NCBI RefSeq assembly: GCF_028689305.1
Contig: NZ_JAQTWM010000003.1
Span: 22,085 to 86,084, forward strand
Source: Rhodoferax sp.
Lineage (GTDB): Bacteria; Pseudomonadota; Gammaproteobacteria; Burkholderiales; Burkholderiaceae_C
Reading direction: 5' to 3'
Length of the DNA: 64,000 nucleotides
Numbering within the stretch: position 1 is the stretch's first letter; the number at the start of each line of letters is the position of its first letter. Positions 21,428-31,244 of this stretch are shown piece after piece. Below the pieces are notes generated by a model. It saw only the letters and a list, made by a program, of their open reading frames with translations. It did no database searches and had not been told where the DNA came from. The position numbers and the translations under genes are program-made.

Positions 21428-22186
21428 ATGCCAATGGCGGCTCGCCTGCGCTGGCCCCTGCCCGCCGTGCTGGCCTGGGCCGGTTCCTGGCTGGCTTATG
21501 CGGCCTTGCTGCGTGTCGGCACGGGTGGGCTGTGGGCGCTGGCACTGGCGTGTGTGCTGGGGGCGCTGGCCAGCGTGCTGGGCAGCAGCTGGTGGCGCCG
21601 GGGCCTGATTGCGCTGGGTTTTCCGCTGTCACTGGCCTTGTCCGGCGCCGCCGCCGTGCCGGCCTGGGCCTGGTTGCTGCCCTTGTTGCTGCTGTTGCTG
21701 GTCTACCCGCTCAACGCCTGGCGCGACGCACCCTTGTTCCCGACGCCGCCGGGCGCCTTGCAGGCGCTGGCGACACAGGCGCCGCTGCCGGCCGGGGCGC
21801 ACATTCTGGACGCCGGTTGTGGCCTGGGGCATGGCCTCCAGGCGCTGCGCCGCGCCTACCCGGCTGCGCAACTCGACGGGCTGGAGTGGAGCTGGCCGCT
21901 GCGCGGCCTGTGCGCGTTGCGCTGCCCCTGGGCGCGGGTGCGCCAGGGCGACATCTGGCGTGCCGACTGGTCCAGCTATGACATGGTCTACCTGTTCCAG
22001 CGTCCCGAGAGCATGGCCCGCGCCGCCGCCAAGGCCGGCGCCGAACTCAAAGCCGGCGCCTGGCTGGTGAGCCTGGAATTTGCCGCCACCGCGCTGCAGC
22101 CCCAGGCGCAACTGTTCTGCCCGGATGGCCGGCCGCTGTGGCTGTATCAGGCACCGTTTACCGCCAGTGCTCGCCAAGGCGGCTGA
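21428..22186 (+). CDS. Membrane-anchored class I SAM-dependent methyltransferase
   Basis: Hydrophobic N-terminus; LDAGCGLG motif. Confidence 0.8.
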   Translation: MPMAARLRWPLPAVLAWAGSWLAYAALLRVGTGGLWALALACVLGALASVLGSSWWRRGLIALGFPLSLALSGAAAVPAWAWLLPLLLLLLVYPLNAWRDAPLFPTPPGALQALATQAPLPAGAHILDAGCGLGHGLQALRRAYPAAQLDGLEWSWPLRGLCALRCPWARVRQGDIWRADWSSYDMVYLFQRPESMARAAAKAGAELKAGAWLVSLEFAATALQPQAQLFCPDGRPLWLYQAPFTASARQGG

Positions 22187-22205
22187 CCCGATGGCGTCAT
22201 AAAGT

Positions 22206-22219
22206 TTGATATGGCGCAA
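22206..22219. promoter_or_regulatory. Fnr-like box upstream of the cytochrome cluster
   Basis: TTGAT-ATGG-CGCAA, 8/10 match to TTGAT-N4-ATCAA. Confidence 0.5.
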
Positions 22220-22324
22220 CAAATGGCCAGATCAAAAGGTTAAAAAGCTTAATTTTTTCTGGCAAACAAGAAGCACCCTCCTAGAATGAGCCGCAGTGGA
22301 TGGCTTATTCCAGAAGGAGAGGAC

Positions 22325-23626
22325 ATGAAACGGACAACATTGGCCACTTGGGTGTTGGGGCTGGTCAGTCTCATTGGCACGTCGGCCAACGCCGTGGATC
22401 CGGCGTCGGTGGTGCGTGGCGGCCGTCTTTATGACAACTGGAGTGTCGAACTCAAGGCCCGCCCGCCGAACCATCCGAATCCGGTCTTCAAGACCCAACA
22501 GGTCCGCGTCGATGCCCCCGACACTTGGCGCTGTGTGGCCTGCCATGGCTGGGATTACCAGGGCAACAACGGCGTCAGCGGTGTCCGTGGCCGGCAAAAG
22601 GCGGACCCTGCGGCCCTGGTGGCGGTGCTGAAGGACGCCAACCACGGGTATGAAGAATTGCTCGATGACGGCGACCGTCTTGATCTGGCCAACTTCATTG
22701 CCAGTGGCCAGACCGACATGCAGCGGCTGGTCGAAGCGGCCCGGCGCGTGAAACCCGCCCAGGCATCAGCGAACAAGGTTTTTGCCACCGTCTGTTCGGT
22801 CTGCCATGGCCTGGATGGCGACCGCCTGCGCCAGATTGCCCCGCTGGGTGATTCGGCCCGGCAACGCCCGTTCGAGGTCCTGCACGTGGCGCTCAATGGA
22901 CACCCGGGCGGCAACATGCCGGCCCTCAGGACGCTGGGGGAGGATACCGTTGTCAGGATGCTGGCCTATTTGCAGACCTTGCCCAGCTTCAATCTGGCAG
23001 CCTCGATTGCCAATGGCGGCCGGCTGTATGACGACTGGCAGACCCACATCGCTGGCCAGCGTCAGGCCTTGCCGCATCCAGCCTATCCACCCAAGGCCTA
23101 TTACGCCAACACTGCCAGCGAAACCTGGCGTTGCAAGGAGTGCCATGGCTGGGACTACAAAGGCAACCAGGGTCAGTACGCCAAGGGTGAGCATGCCACC
23201 GGCATCAAGGGCCTTCGCGCCATGGCGGGCGCTGACCCGGAACGCATCATGGCGGTCTTGCGCAGCCGCAGCCACCTCTATGGCGCGGTCCTGAAATACC
23301 GGGACCTGCAGGACCTGGCGAACTTTGTCAGCCAAGGCCAGATCGACATGGACACGGTGATCGACCCCCGCACCGGCCTGGCGCGTGGTGATGCCAGCCA
23401 GGGTGCAGCGCACTATCGCAGCATGTGCGCGGGCTGCCACGGGCTGGAAGGCCACTTCGTGGCCAAACGCCACACTGGCCGGGTGTCGCGGACCGACCCC
23501 TGGCACAGCCTGCACAACATGCTCAATGGCCATCCCGACGACACCATGCCGGCCTTGAGGGAGCTGGACCCCAAGGTGATCAACGACATCCTGGCGCATA
23601 TCCAGACCTTGAAGGAGCGTCCTTAA
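22325..23626 (+). CDS. Periplasmic tetraheme cytochrome c (duplicated diheme unit)
   Basis: Signal peptide; CVACH, CSVCH, CKECH, CAGCH; clear two-fold internal repeat; strong RBS before ATG 22325. Confidence 0.88.
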   Translation: MKRTTLATWVLGLVSLIGTSANAVDPASVVRGGRLYDNWSVELKARPPNHPNPVFKTQQVRVDAPDTWRCVACHGWDYQGNNGVSGVRGRQKADPAALVAVLKDANHGYEELLDDGDRLDLANFIASGQTDMQRLVEAARRVKPAQASANKVFATVCSVCHGLDGDRLRQIAPLGDSARQRPFEVLHVALNGHPGGNMPALRTLGEDTVVRMLAYLQTLPSFNLAASIANGGRLYDDWQTHIAGQRQALPHPAYPPKAYYANTASETWRCKECHGWDYKGNQGQYAKGEHATGIKGLRAMAGADPERIMAVLRSRSHLYGAVLKYRDLQDLANFVSQGQIDMDTVIDPRTGLARGDASQGAAHYRSMCAGCHGLEGHFVAKRHTGRVSRTDPWHSLHNMLNGHPDDTMPALRELDPKVINDILAHIQTLKERP

Positions 23627-23684
23627 CTTCTATCCGTTTGTCCTGCCAGCAGACATGGTGCTGGTATTCATCAAGGAGTCGTTC

Positions 23685-24029
23685 ATGAACAAGAGAATCT
23701 CCCTATTACTCACCAGTTCCCTGTTTCTCGCCATGGCGGGGTCAGGCTTTGCCCATGCGGCTGTGGATGCCGTACAGGCCCAGGAGCTGATGAAGACCAA
23801 CAAGTGCGGCAAATGCCATGAAATCGCCAAAACCAAGACGGCACCATCCCTGAAGAAGATCGCGGCCAAATACAAAGGCAAGACCGACGGCGAAGAGAAG
23901 ATCATCAAGAACATCACCACGGGGCCAACCGTCAAGGACGCGGACGGCAACGAAGAAGAGCACTACATCATCAAGACCAAGGACCCGGCCAAGCTGAAAA
24001 ATCTGGCGCAGTGGATCCTGTCGCAGTGA
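23685..24029 (+). CDS. Monoheme cytochrome c, MtoD/MtrK-like
   Basis: Signal peptide; CGKCH, PSLKKIAAKY, DGNEEEH, NLAQWILS; no Met after the heme motif; pattern recalled from Sideroxydans MtoD. Confidence 0.8.
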   Translation: MNKRISLLLTSSLFLAMAGSGFAHAAVDAVQAQELMKTNKCGKCHEIAKTKTAPSLKKIAAKYKGKTDGEEKIIKNITTGPTVKDADGNEEEHYIIKTKDPAKLKNLAQWILSQ

Positions 24030-24158
24030 TCCGGATGCCGATTTGATCGGTGCGATGGTGACGGTCAGCGGCAGATCGTCACGGTAGTCGCCCCCCAGAA
24101 ACAGGTCAACACCCCGTTGTCCGAGCCGAAAAACCTGACGGGGCTGGAGTGAAAAAAC

Positions 24159-26156
24159 ATGAGTAGCAGCAGGCTGAAAGTATGGTTCATGGCTGCGGCG
24201 TTTTTCTTTTGGACCAGCCTGCCGGGTGGCGCTGCTGCCGCTGACGCGCCATCCCCCACCGGGCTGGGCAATGCCAGCTGCCTGTCCTGTCACGATGGAC
24301 AGAAAGGCCAACTGGAAGTGGCGGGCCCGGACGGCGAAAAACGTGCATTGCTGGCAGTCGAGCCAGCCGGGTTTGCCAAGAGTGTGCATGCCGACATGGA
24401 GTGTGTCACCTGCCATCTGGAGATCAATGACAGCACCGCCAAGCACAAGAAGACCCTTGGAGAAAAGCGGCCTGACTGTGTGCAGTGCCACCTGAAGCTC
24501 AATGATGCCTCGGTCAAGGAAAAGGTGGCTGGTGAACGCCGCTGGATGCAGGCCGTGGGCAAAAGCATCGAAACCTACCAGACGTCCTACCACGCCCGGC
24601 CGAATGCCGATGACCCCACCAAACAAAACGCATCCTGCAACGACTGCCACAACGTTCACAGCTTCAATGTGCCACCGCCCGGCACGGCCGAGCGCACCGA
24701 CTGGCACCTGGGAATCTCGGACCTGTGTGGCAAATGCCATGAAAACCAGCTGGACGACTGGTCCAAGTCGGTTCATGGCCGGGAAATCAAGCAGAAACAC
24801 AACCCGAAAGCCGCTGATTGTGCTGATTGCCACACGTCGCACAACGTCAGGAAAACGGCATCAGATAAGGTCAAGCTGGCCATTACGGCGAATTGCGGGA
24901 GCTGCCATGACGAGGCCTATGTGTCCTACAGGGCCACTTACCACGGAAAGATCACCACTCTGGGCTACGCCCACACCGCCAAATGTTTTGACTGCCATAG
25001 CAGTCACGACATTGAGCCGTCTTCGAATTCCGCGTCGAAGATGCACCTCAATAACCGTCTGGAGTCGTGCCAGGAGTGTCACAGCGGCAAGAAGAAAGTC
25101 CCTTTGGCAACCGCCGGCTTTGTCAGCTTCAGCCCGCACGGCACCAGCAACAACTTTGCAACCGACCCAGAAATCTGGATGGCCAGCAAGGTGATGATCA
25201 GTCTGTTGGTGGGCACCTTCGGGTTCTTCTGGCTACATACGCTGTTGTGGTTCTATCGTGAATACAAGGAGCGTCAGCGGCGCCAATCGCAGCGCCATGT
25301 GAACTTGGAAGGCCTGGCCGACGCTCCCGTCCCCCACCAGGGCAAGCATTTCCGGCGTTTCAGTCGCACCTGGCGCATTGCTCACCTGCTGTTTGCACTG
25401 AGCCTGATGACACTCACGCTGACCGGTATTCCACTGTTCTACCCGCAGTCACCATGGGCCCAGCCCTTGATGAGTCTGCTCAACGGACCATCCACGGCCG
25501 GGTTGATCCACCGCGTGGCGGCGACCATTTTTGCGGGGGTGTTTTTCTGGCACCTCGTTTATATGCTGGTCAGAATCGGACGTGACTGGAGAAACTTCAA
25601 GATTTTCGGCCCGAACTCCATGGTGCCTGGTTTGCAGGACCTCAAGGATATCCTGGCGATGTTCAAGTGGTTCTTTGGCAAGGGGCCACGGCCAGTGTTT
25701 GACCGCTGGACCTACTGGGAAAAGTTTGACTACTGGGCACCGTTCTGGGGTGTCACCATCATCGGTGTCAGTGGCATCATGATGTGGTTCCCACACATTG
25801 CGGCGCAATATTTACCTGGCTGGGTTTTTAATGTCGCGGCGATCTTCCATAGCGAAGAAGCGTTCCTGGCCGTGGTATTTCTGTTCACCGTGCATTTCTT
25901 CAACAACCACTTCCGCCCCGACAAGTTTCCGCTGGATCGGGTGATGTTCACGGGCACAGTGACGCTGGAAGAACTGCGGCATGAACACCCACTGCAATAT
26001 CAGCGTTTGTTGGACTCAGGAGAGCTGGAACAACATCTGGTGGACGCCCCATCACCCGCCATGGTCCAGGCTGCAACGGTGCTTGGTTTCGTCCTGATTG
26101 TGGCCGGTCTGATCTTGCTGACACTGGTCGGGATCGGGTTTTTCACCAGCCTCTAG
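24159..26156 (+). CDS. Nonaheme cytochrome c fused to a b-type membrane domain (CbcL/MtoC/MtrH-like quinol oxidoreductase)
   Basis: Nine CxxCH motifs counted; C-terminal TM domain with RIAH, LIHR, WEKFDYWA, IFHSEEAFLA, TVHFF. Confidence 0.88.
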   Translation: MSSSRLKVWFMAAAFFFWTSLPGGAAAADAPSPTGLGNASCLSCHDGQKGQLEVAGPDGEKRALLAVEPAGFAKSVHADMECVTCHLEINDSTAKHKKTLGEKRPDCVQCHLKLNDASVKEKVAGERRWMQAVGKSIETYQTSYHARPNADDPTKQNASCNDCHNVHSFNVPPPGTAERTDWHLGISDLCGKCHENQLDDWSKSVHGREIKQKHNPKAADCADCHTSHNVRKTASDKVKLAITANCGSCHDEAYVSYRATYHGKITTLGYAHTAKCFDCHSSHDIEPSSNSASKMHLNNRLESCQECHSGKKKVPLATAGFVSFSPHGTSNNFATDPEIWMASKVMISLLVGTFGFFWLHTLLWFYREYKERQRRQSQRHVNLEGLADAPVPHQGKHFRRFSRTWRIAHLLFALSLMTLTLTGIPLFYPQSPWAQPLMSLLNGPSTAGLIHRVAATIFAGVFFWHLVYMLVRIGRDWRNFKIFGPNSMVPGLQDLKDILAMFKWFFGKGPRPVFDRWTYWEKFDYWAPFWGVTIIGVSGIMMWFPHIAAQYLPGWVFNVAAIFHSEEAFLAVVFLFTVHFFNNHFRPDKFPLDRVMFTGTVTLEELRHEHPLQYQRLLDSGELEQHLVDAPSPAMVQAATVLGFVLIVAGLILLTLVGIGFFTSL

Positions 26157-26363
26157 GGCACTTGTCGAAGATCAAGACTCTGTTGAATAGGCCTTGACCA
26201 GGGTGGGCAACTGGCGCGTAATGAAGGCGTAGCAGGTTCTCTTTGAAATGGATTGTGCAGGCATGCCTGCCCCATGTGGGGTGGATGCCCAACGCAGTCA
26301 GTCGCGTCCACGTGGCATACAAAGAGGCTTGCTACCTTGCTTTCTGAAAGAAAGAACGTGCGC

Positions 26364-29096
26364 ATGAGAACGCGGTTTTTGCATGCCTTGACGCGGCTGC
26401 CCTTGCTGGCTCTTCTACTGGGCCAGCCAGCGTTCGGCCTCGAACCCCGTGATCAACAGGCGCTGGATCTGATGAATTTTGCCGTCAAGCAGACCGTGAA
26501 AGAAACCGGTGTTGAGGTCATCGGTGTCGGCTCCTGGACCTCCGGGAAGAATTACAAGGGACCACTGACCGGCAGAACCTCTGACCACGACATGAGGGTG
26601 GTTCTGACAGGGGAGACCAGCCAGGCGGCCCAGGCCAGGAAGTGGAAGGACTTCCAGGAAAAGCTCAAGGAGAACATCGTCGCCAGCGGGCAGGCCAAAC
26701 GCCTCAGTGAAGCAGACATCGGGAAACTGCTCAAAAGCACCAACGTGTACCCGCCCAGCCAGGTCATGGAGACGGTTGAAAGTGCGCAGGACGCCAGGAA
26801 ACTGTTCGACCGGATCGGCACCCAACCCAATCTCGGCGGTGAGCCGGTGGAAGGACTCTGGGGCAAGGGCAGCAAAACCTACACCCACTACTACGAGGAA
26901 AAGTCCGGCAAGCTCTTTTTTATGGACCCGAAATATCCGGACCGCGTGATGACCGGCGGGACCGACCTCACCCATCTGGTCGAAGGCGTGGAGGCCTATA
27001 CCACTGCTGGCGAGGTGAACAAGGCCGGGCAATGGGCCGAGAAGGTGCTCGAACAACTCGGGGAGGGCAACGTCGACAAGGCGGCCAAGCAAGCCGAGCG
27101 TTTGCGGACCTCGATCAACAAGGCCAGAAGTCTGGAGCGGCTGGGCGGCAGAGTCGATTACCTGGACGACATCGTGAGTGGCAAAGTCACCGACCCGCAG
27201 GCGATTCGTGCCGCCGTGGCCCGGGCCAGGCAAGAGGCGGGTCTGTTGCTGTCGCTGGCGAATGAGTCCAACGTCAGGACACGCCATGTCATGCGCAGTG
27301 TGCTGGCGAGCGAGGGCGGGACGTTGTCCAGATCGGGCAAGCTGTTCTGGAAGTACGCCGACAAGGTGCCGGTGGGGCAGCTGTTTCGGGCCTGGCAGCT
27401 CTATGGCTACTACGCCAGCGCGAAGGACATTTCGGCCATGACCGGGCCCGACTTCAATGCGGCGGTGCTCAATGCCTATGCCAAAGAGCTGGGTTGGCTG
27501 GCCGGGCCGTTGGCAGGTCTTGGCATGGAGCTGGCCGATGCCACGCTGCAGGCCGCGCGCCAGGGCGCCTACGGCGTCGTCACCGCCTTTCAGGACTGTG
27601 AAAATCTGGCCACGGGCATCCACTCCGTCAAGGGCCGGGAGGCGCTGAACAAGGGCATGAGCATCGACCAGATGGCGTCGCTCTTTCCTGACACCGCCGA
27701 CGGCCGGTCAAGGCTGAACAACTTTGTCTGGAGCCAGGCCCACCAGGCCTCTTTGAGGTTTGAAAACAATGTCTGGGTTGAAGACGCCACTATCAGGAAT
27801 TCGCTCTATCAAAAGTGTCACGCTACGCTGGTGACGATGTGGCAAGAAAAGCGGCTGGCGCAGATCAGTGCTTTCAACCAGTTGTTCCTCGAATTCGACA
27901 AATTGGCGGCGCGAGACAAAGCCGTCATCACGATCCAGCCCTACGGTGATCCCGTCCCGTTGAGGGAGCCAACCCAGCAGGGAAAGGTCGCGACGGTCAC
28001 GATCAATGCTGTCACGACCCAGGACCCGGGGAAGATGCAGGACCTGCTGAAAAAGATGAACACCATTCTGGCCGCGCTGGAAGGTGGCAAAAAGGGGGAC
28101 GTGATCTTCGCTTCGGCGGTGTATGAGTTCTCGGTGGACGGGAGGCCGCAGCCCAGGCAATATGCACCCGTGCATCACACAGCCATCTTCCGGACAGCGG
28201 GGGAACACCTTGCCCGCCTGGCCGTCGAGACGAGTGTGGTGGCGACGCTGCTGAGCGACGACATCACACAGCATGCGATCCTGCAGGGCTACAGGAAGAA
28301 ATACCCATCCACCGCGACCCTGCCCTTCAGTGTGGTCGACGATACCGCACGGGTCGCCCTGCGGATCGACGCACCCCGCACGGTCAAGGTCGGGCAGTCA
28401 TTCCAGCTCATTGGTGTGATCGAGCAAAGCCAGGTGGAGCGCTTGCCGGTGCAGATCGCCTGGGGCAACATCGGCAACGGGCAGCGCCTGCTCAACGGCT
28501 ACGCGCCAGCCGTGAACCGGGCTGAGCGCACACCCGGAAGCTACCAGTATCTTGCTGAGGCTTTCATGGTGGAGCAGGGCCGCTTGGTCAAGCTGGCAGA
28601 GGCGCGCACCGTGGTCGAGGTTGTTGCCGAGGAGAAGAAGCCCGACGTCGCCGACTTTCTGTCTGCGCTGCAGACGATGTCCGATGACCTGAAAAAGCAG
28701 ATCCCGGCCAAACCGTCAACTCCGGCGCCAACACCTCAGCCGTCCACACCCGGGAAAAAACCTGATCCGAAGCCGGCCGCACCCCAAGCCAATATCGCTG
28801 AAAAACAGGCGCTGTGCGAGTGTCTCAACCGCTACCTGACGGGTGAACGCACGCAAGAGCAGCGGCGCAGTTATGACAAATGGTGCACCAACAAGGAACG
28901 CTGCAAGGGGACCGAAATCTACCTGGTCGAACCCTTCAAATATGTTCCGGGGGGTGACTACTGCTGGGGTTACGAGGAGTGCCGCGAGCACAGTTTTGAT
29001 CCCGAGACAAAACAATCCTCCACCCGAACTTGCGGCTCGTTCCAGGGCGCTTATTACATGAACCAGGCCAAGGAAATGTGCGCCCGGCAGAAATGA
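26364..29096 (+). CDS. Large secreted hypothetical protein
   Basis: Long ORF; Sec-type signal peptide from ATG 26364; GS...SDHD motif; Pro-rich linker; 8-Cys C-terminal domain. Confidence 0.75.
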   Translation: MRTRFLHALTRLPLLALLLGQPAFGLEPRDQQALDLMNFAVKQTVKETGVEVIGVGSWTSGKNYKGPLTGRTSDHDMRVVLTGETSQAAQARKWKDFQEKLKENIVASGQAKRLSEADIGKLLKSTNVYPPSQVMETVESAQDARKLFDRIGTQPNLGGEPVEGLWGKGSKTYTHYYEEKSGKLFFMDPKYPDRVMTGGTDLTHLVEGVEAYTTAGEVNKAGQWAEKVLEQLGEGNVDKAAKQAERLRTSINKARSLERLGGRVDYLDDIVSGKVTDPQAIRAAVARARQEAGLLLSLANESNVRTRHVMRSVLASEGGTLSRSGKLFWKYADKVPVGQLFRAWQLYGYYASAKDISAMTGPDFNAAVLNAYAKELGWLAGPLAGLGMELADATLQAARQGAYGVVTAFQDCENLATGIHSVKGREALNKGMSIDQMASLFPDTADGRSRLNNFVWSQAHQASLRFENNVWVEDATIRNSLYQKCHATLVTMWQEKRLAQISAFNQLFLEFDKLAARDKAVITIQPYGDPVPLREPTQQGKVATVTINAVTTQDPGKMQDLLKKMNTILAALEGGKKGDVIFASAVYEFSVDGRPQPRQYAPVHHTAIFRTAGEHLARLAVETSVVATLLSDDITQHAILQGYRKKYPSTATLPFSVVDDTARVALRIDAPRTVKVGQSFQLIGVIEQSQVERLPVQIAWGNIGNGQRLLNGYAPAVNRAERTPGSYQYLAEAFMVEQGRLVKLAEARTVVEVVAEEKKPDVADFLSALQTMSDDLKKQIPAKPSTPAPTPQPSTPGKKPDPKPAAPQANIAEKQALCECLNRYLTGERTQEQRRSYDKWCTNKERCKGTEIYLVEPFKYVPGGDYCWGYEECREHSFDPETKQSSTRTCGSFQGAYYMNQAKEMCARQK

Positions 29097-29102
29097 GCCT
29101 GG

Positions 29103-29165
29103 TTGAACAAAAATCAGTCTCTAGCCCGCGTATTGATTGCCTATGTAGCTATCTTATTTGTAGCA
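29103..29165. repeat. Dispersed element, copy 4 (overlaps the CoA ligase stop codon)
   Basis: CTCTAGCCC - 20 nt - GCTA-N9-TAGC. Confidence 0.8.
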
Positions 29166-31160
29166 TTTTCGGGCAAAATCCAGATACCAGTCCAGGCAGC
29201 CGGGGTTGGCCATGGCGTCGCGGTTGACCACCTTGTCGATCGGCTGGCCCAACAACAGCTTCTTGATCGGCAGCTCCTGCTTTTTGCCTGACAGGGTGCG
29301 CGGCACCTCGGCCACCTGGAAGATGTCATTGGGGACAAAACGCGGCGACAGCGCGGTGCGGATGGCCTGGTTGATCCGGGCCTTGAGCGCCTCGTCCAGC
29401 GCCAGGCCGGGGCGCAACACCACAAACAGCGGCATGTAACTTTCGCGGCCCAGGTACTCCAGGTCCACCACCAGGGTGTCCAGCACCTCGGGCAGCGCCT
29501 CCACGGCGCTGTAGAGTTCGCTGGTGCCCATGCGCAGGCCGTGCCGGTTGATGGTGGCGTCCGAGCGGCCGTAGATGATGCAGCCGCCCGTGGCGGTGAT
29601 CTTCAGCCAGTCGCCGTGGCGCCACACGCCTGGGTACATGTCAAAGTAGCTCGACAGGTAACGGCTGTTGCCGCGGTCGCCCCAGAAGTACAGCGGCATT
29701 GAGGGAATCGGCTGGGTGCACACCAGCTCACCAACCTCGTCGATCACCGGCTGGCCCTGCTCGTTCCAGGCTTGCACGGCACAACCCAGCAGGCGGCACT
29801 GCATCTCACCGGGCACCTGCGCCAGCTCGCGGTGGCCGCCGATGAAGGCGCCGGCGAAATCGGTGCCGCCCGAGATGTTGCACCACCAGATGTCCCGCCC
29901 AAACAGGCGCTGAAACTGTGCCGTGCCCCAGGCCTGCACCTCGGGGGCCAGCGGCGAGCCGGTGCTGCCCAGCGCCCGCACGCGGGAGAGGTCACCGCAG
30001 CTTGACAGGTCCAACCCGGCCTTGAGGCAGTTGGCATAAAACGCCGCACCGGCGCCAAAGAAACTCACGCCGGTGCTGGCGCCAAAACGCCACAGCGTGC
30101 GCCAGTCCGGCTGCGCCTGGCCGCCGCCGGGGCTGCCGTCAAACAGGCAGCAGGTGGTGCCGCCCAGCAGGCCGCTGACCTGCACGTTCCACATCACCCA
30201 GCCGGTGGAGCTGTACCAGTGAAAGCGTTCACCCAGGCTGTTGGCCTCGTAACTGCAGCCAATGTCGTTGTGCAGGGTCTTGAGCGCCAGCGCCACCAGC
30301 ACCGTGCCGCCATGGCCGTGCACGATCGGCTTGGGCAGGCCGGTGGTGCCGCTGGAGTAGACGATCCACAGCGGATGATCAAACGGCAGCCAGAGCGGTT
30401 CAAATGCTGCGGTTTGGGCATCATTTCGGCTGGTAGCCCACGTCAACAAAGCATCATGCGCTATCAAATCTGAAGTTCCTAGGCAGGCATGAACCACCAC
30501 GTGGCGCACCGAGGGCAGGGCCGCGCGGATCTCCGCCACCACCGCGCTGCGGTCGATGTCGCGCCCGCCGTAGCTGACGCCATCACAGGCGATCAGCACC
30601 TTGGGCTCAATCTGGCGAAAGCGGTCCAGCACCGCGTGGCTGCCCATGTCGGGGGCGCACAGGCTCCAGACGCCGCCGATGCTCACCACCGCCAGAAAAG
30701 CCACGACGGTTTCGGGCACGTTGGGCAGGTAGGCCGCCACCCGGTCGCCCGGCTGCACACCCTGGGCCTGCAGGTGCAGCGCCAGCGACGCCACCTGGCG
30801 GCGCAGCTCGGGCCAGCTCAACTCGCGCGCCGGGCCTTGGTCCAGGCTTTTTTCGTTGTGGCTGAGCAGCGCCGGCTGGCCGGCGGCATGAGCAGCTTCC
30901 ACATGCCGCAACACCTGGTGCGCATAGTTGAACTGCGCGCCGGGAAACCAGCGGGCGCCGGGCATGTGGCGGTCGGCCAGCACGGCGCTGTGCGCCGTGG
31001 GTGACTGCAACTCGAAATAGTCCCAAATGCTTTGCCAGAACGCGTCCAGCTCGGTGACCGACCAGCGCCACAGCGCGTCGTAATTCTCAAAGTGGCGCTG
31101 GCGCTGGTCGCGCAGCCAGTCCTGGTACCGGCGGATTTGGGGCAGATGGGGGGCGCTCAT
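29154..31160 (-). CDS. Acetoacetate--CoA ligase
   Basis: YDALWRWSV, YSSGTTGLPK.IVH, SGGTD, WRHGDW, GRSDATINR; start reassigned to 31160. Confidence 0.92.
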   Translation of the reverse strand: MSAPHLPQIRRYQDWLRDQRQRHFENYDALWRWSVTELDAFWQSIWDYFELQSPTAHSAVLADRHMPGARWFPGAQFNYAHQVLRHVEAAHAAGQPALLSHNEKSLDQGPARELSWPELRRQVASLALHLQAQGVQPGDRVAAYLPNVPETVVAFLAVVSIGGVWSLCAPDMGSHAVLDRFRQIEPKVLIACDGVSYGGRDIDRSAVVAEIRAALPSVRHVVVHACLGTSDLIAHDALLTWATSRNDAQTAAFEPLWLPFDHPLWIVYSSGTTGLPKPIVHGHGGTVLVALALKTLHNDIGCSYEANSLGERFHWYSSTGWVMWNVQVSGLLGGTTCCLFDGSPGGGQAQPDWRTLWRFGASTGVSFFGAGAAFYANCLKAGLDLSSCGDLSRVRALGSTGSPLAPEVQAWGTAQFQRLFGRDIWWCNISGGTDFAGAFIGGHRELAQVPGEMQCRLLGCAVQAWNEQGQPVIDEVGELVCTQPIPSMPLYFWGDRGNSRYLSSYFDMYPGVWRHGDWLKITATGGCIIYGRSDATINRHGLRMGTSELYSAVEALPEVLDTLVVDLEYLGRESYMPLFVVLRPGLALDEALKARINQAIRTALSPRFVPNDIFQVAEVPRTLSGKKQELPIKKLLLGQPIDKVVNRDAMANPGCLDWYLDFARKCYK
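30419..30477. repeat. Dispersed element, copy 5, translated inside the CoA ligase
   Basis: GGCTGGTAGCCC - 20 nt - GCTA-N9-AAGT; local AT-rich patch. Confidence 0.65.
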
Positions 31161-31244
31161 GGGCAGAAAGCTTAGCAGTTCCGGCCAGGGCCAGCGACCC
31201 CGCCGCCGGGCCTGGCCCGGCTTCCCGGATAATCCCGCCCCAAC

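Noticed and set aside
19833-21632. 599-aa minus-strand ORF, and similar long antisense ORFs over mnmG, uup, the EF-G gene and the orphan gene
   Set aside because: Shadow frames of well-supported genes in GC-rich DNA; no recognisable motifs
26157-26363. Possible IS end or deleted mtoAB scar after the nonaheme gene
   Set aside because: No convincing inverted repeat, target duplication or heme-motif remnant
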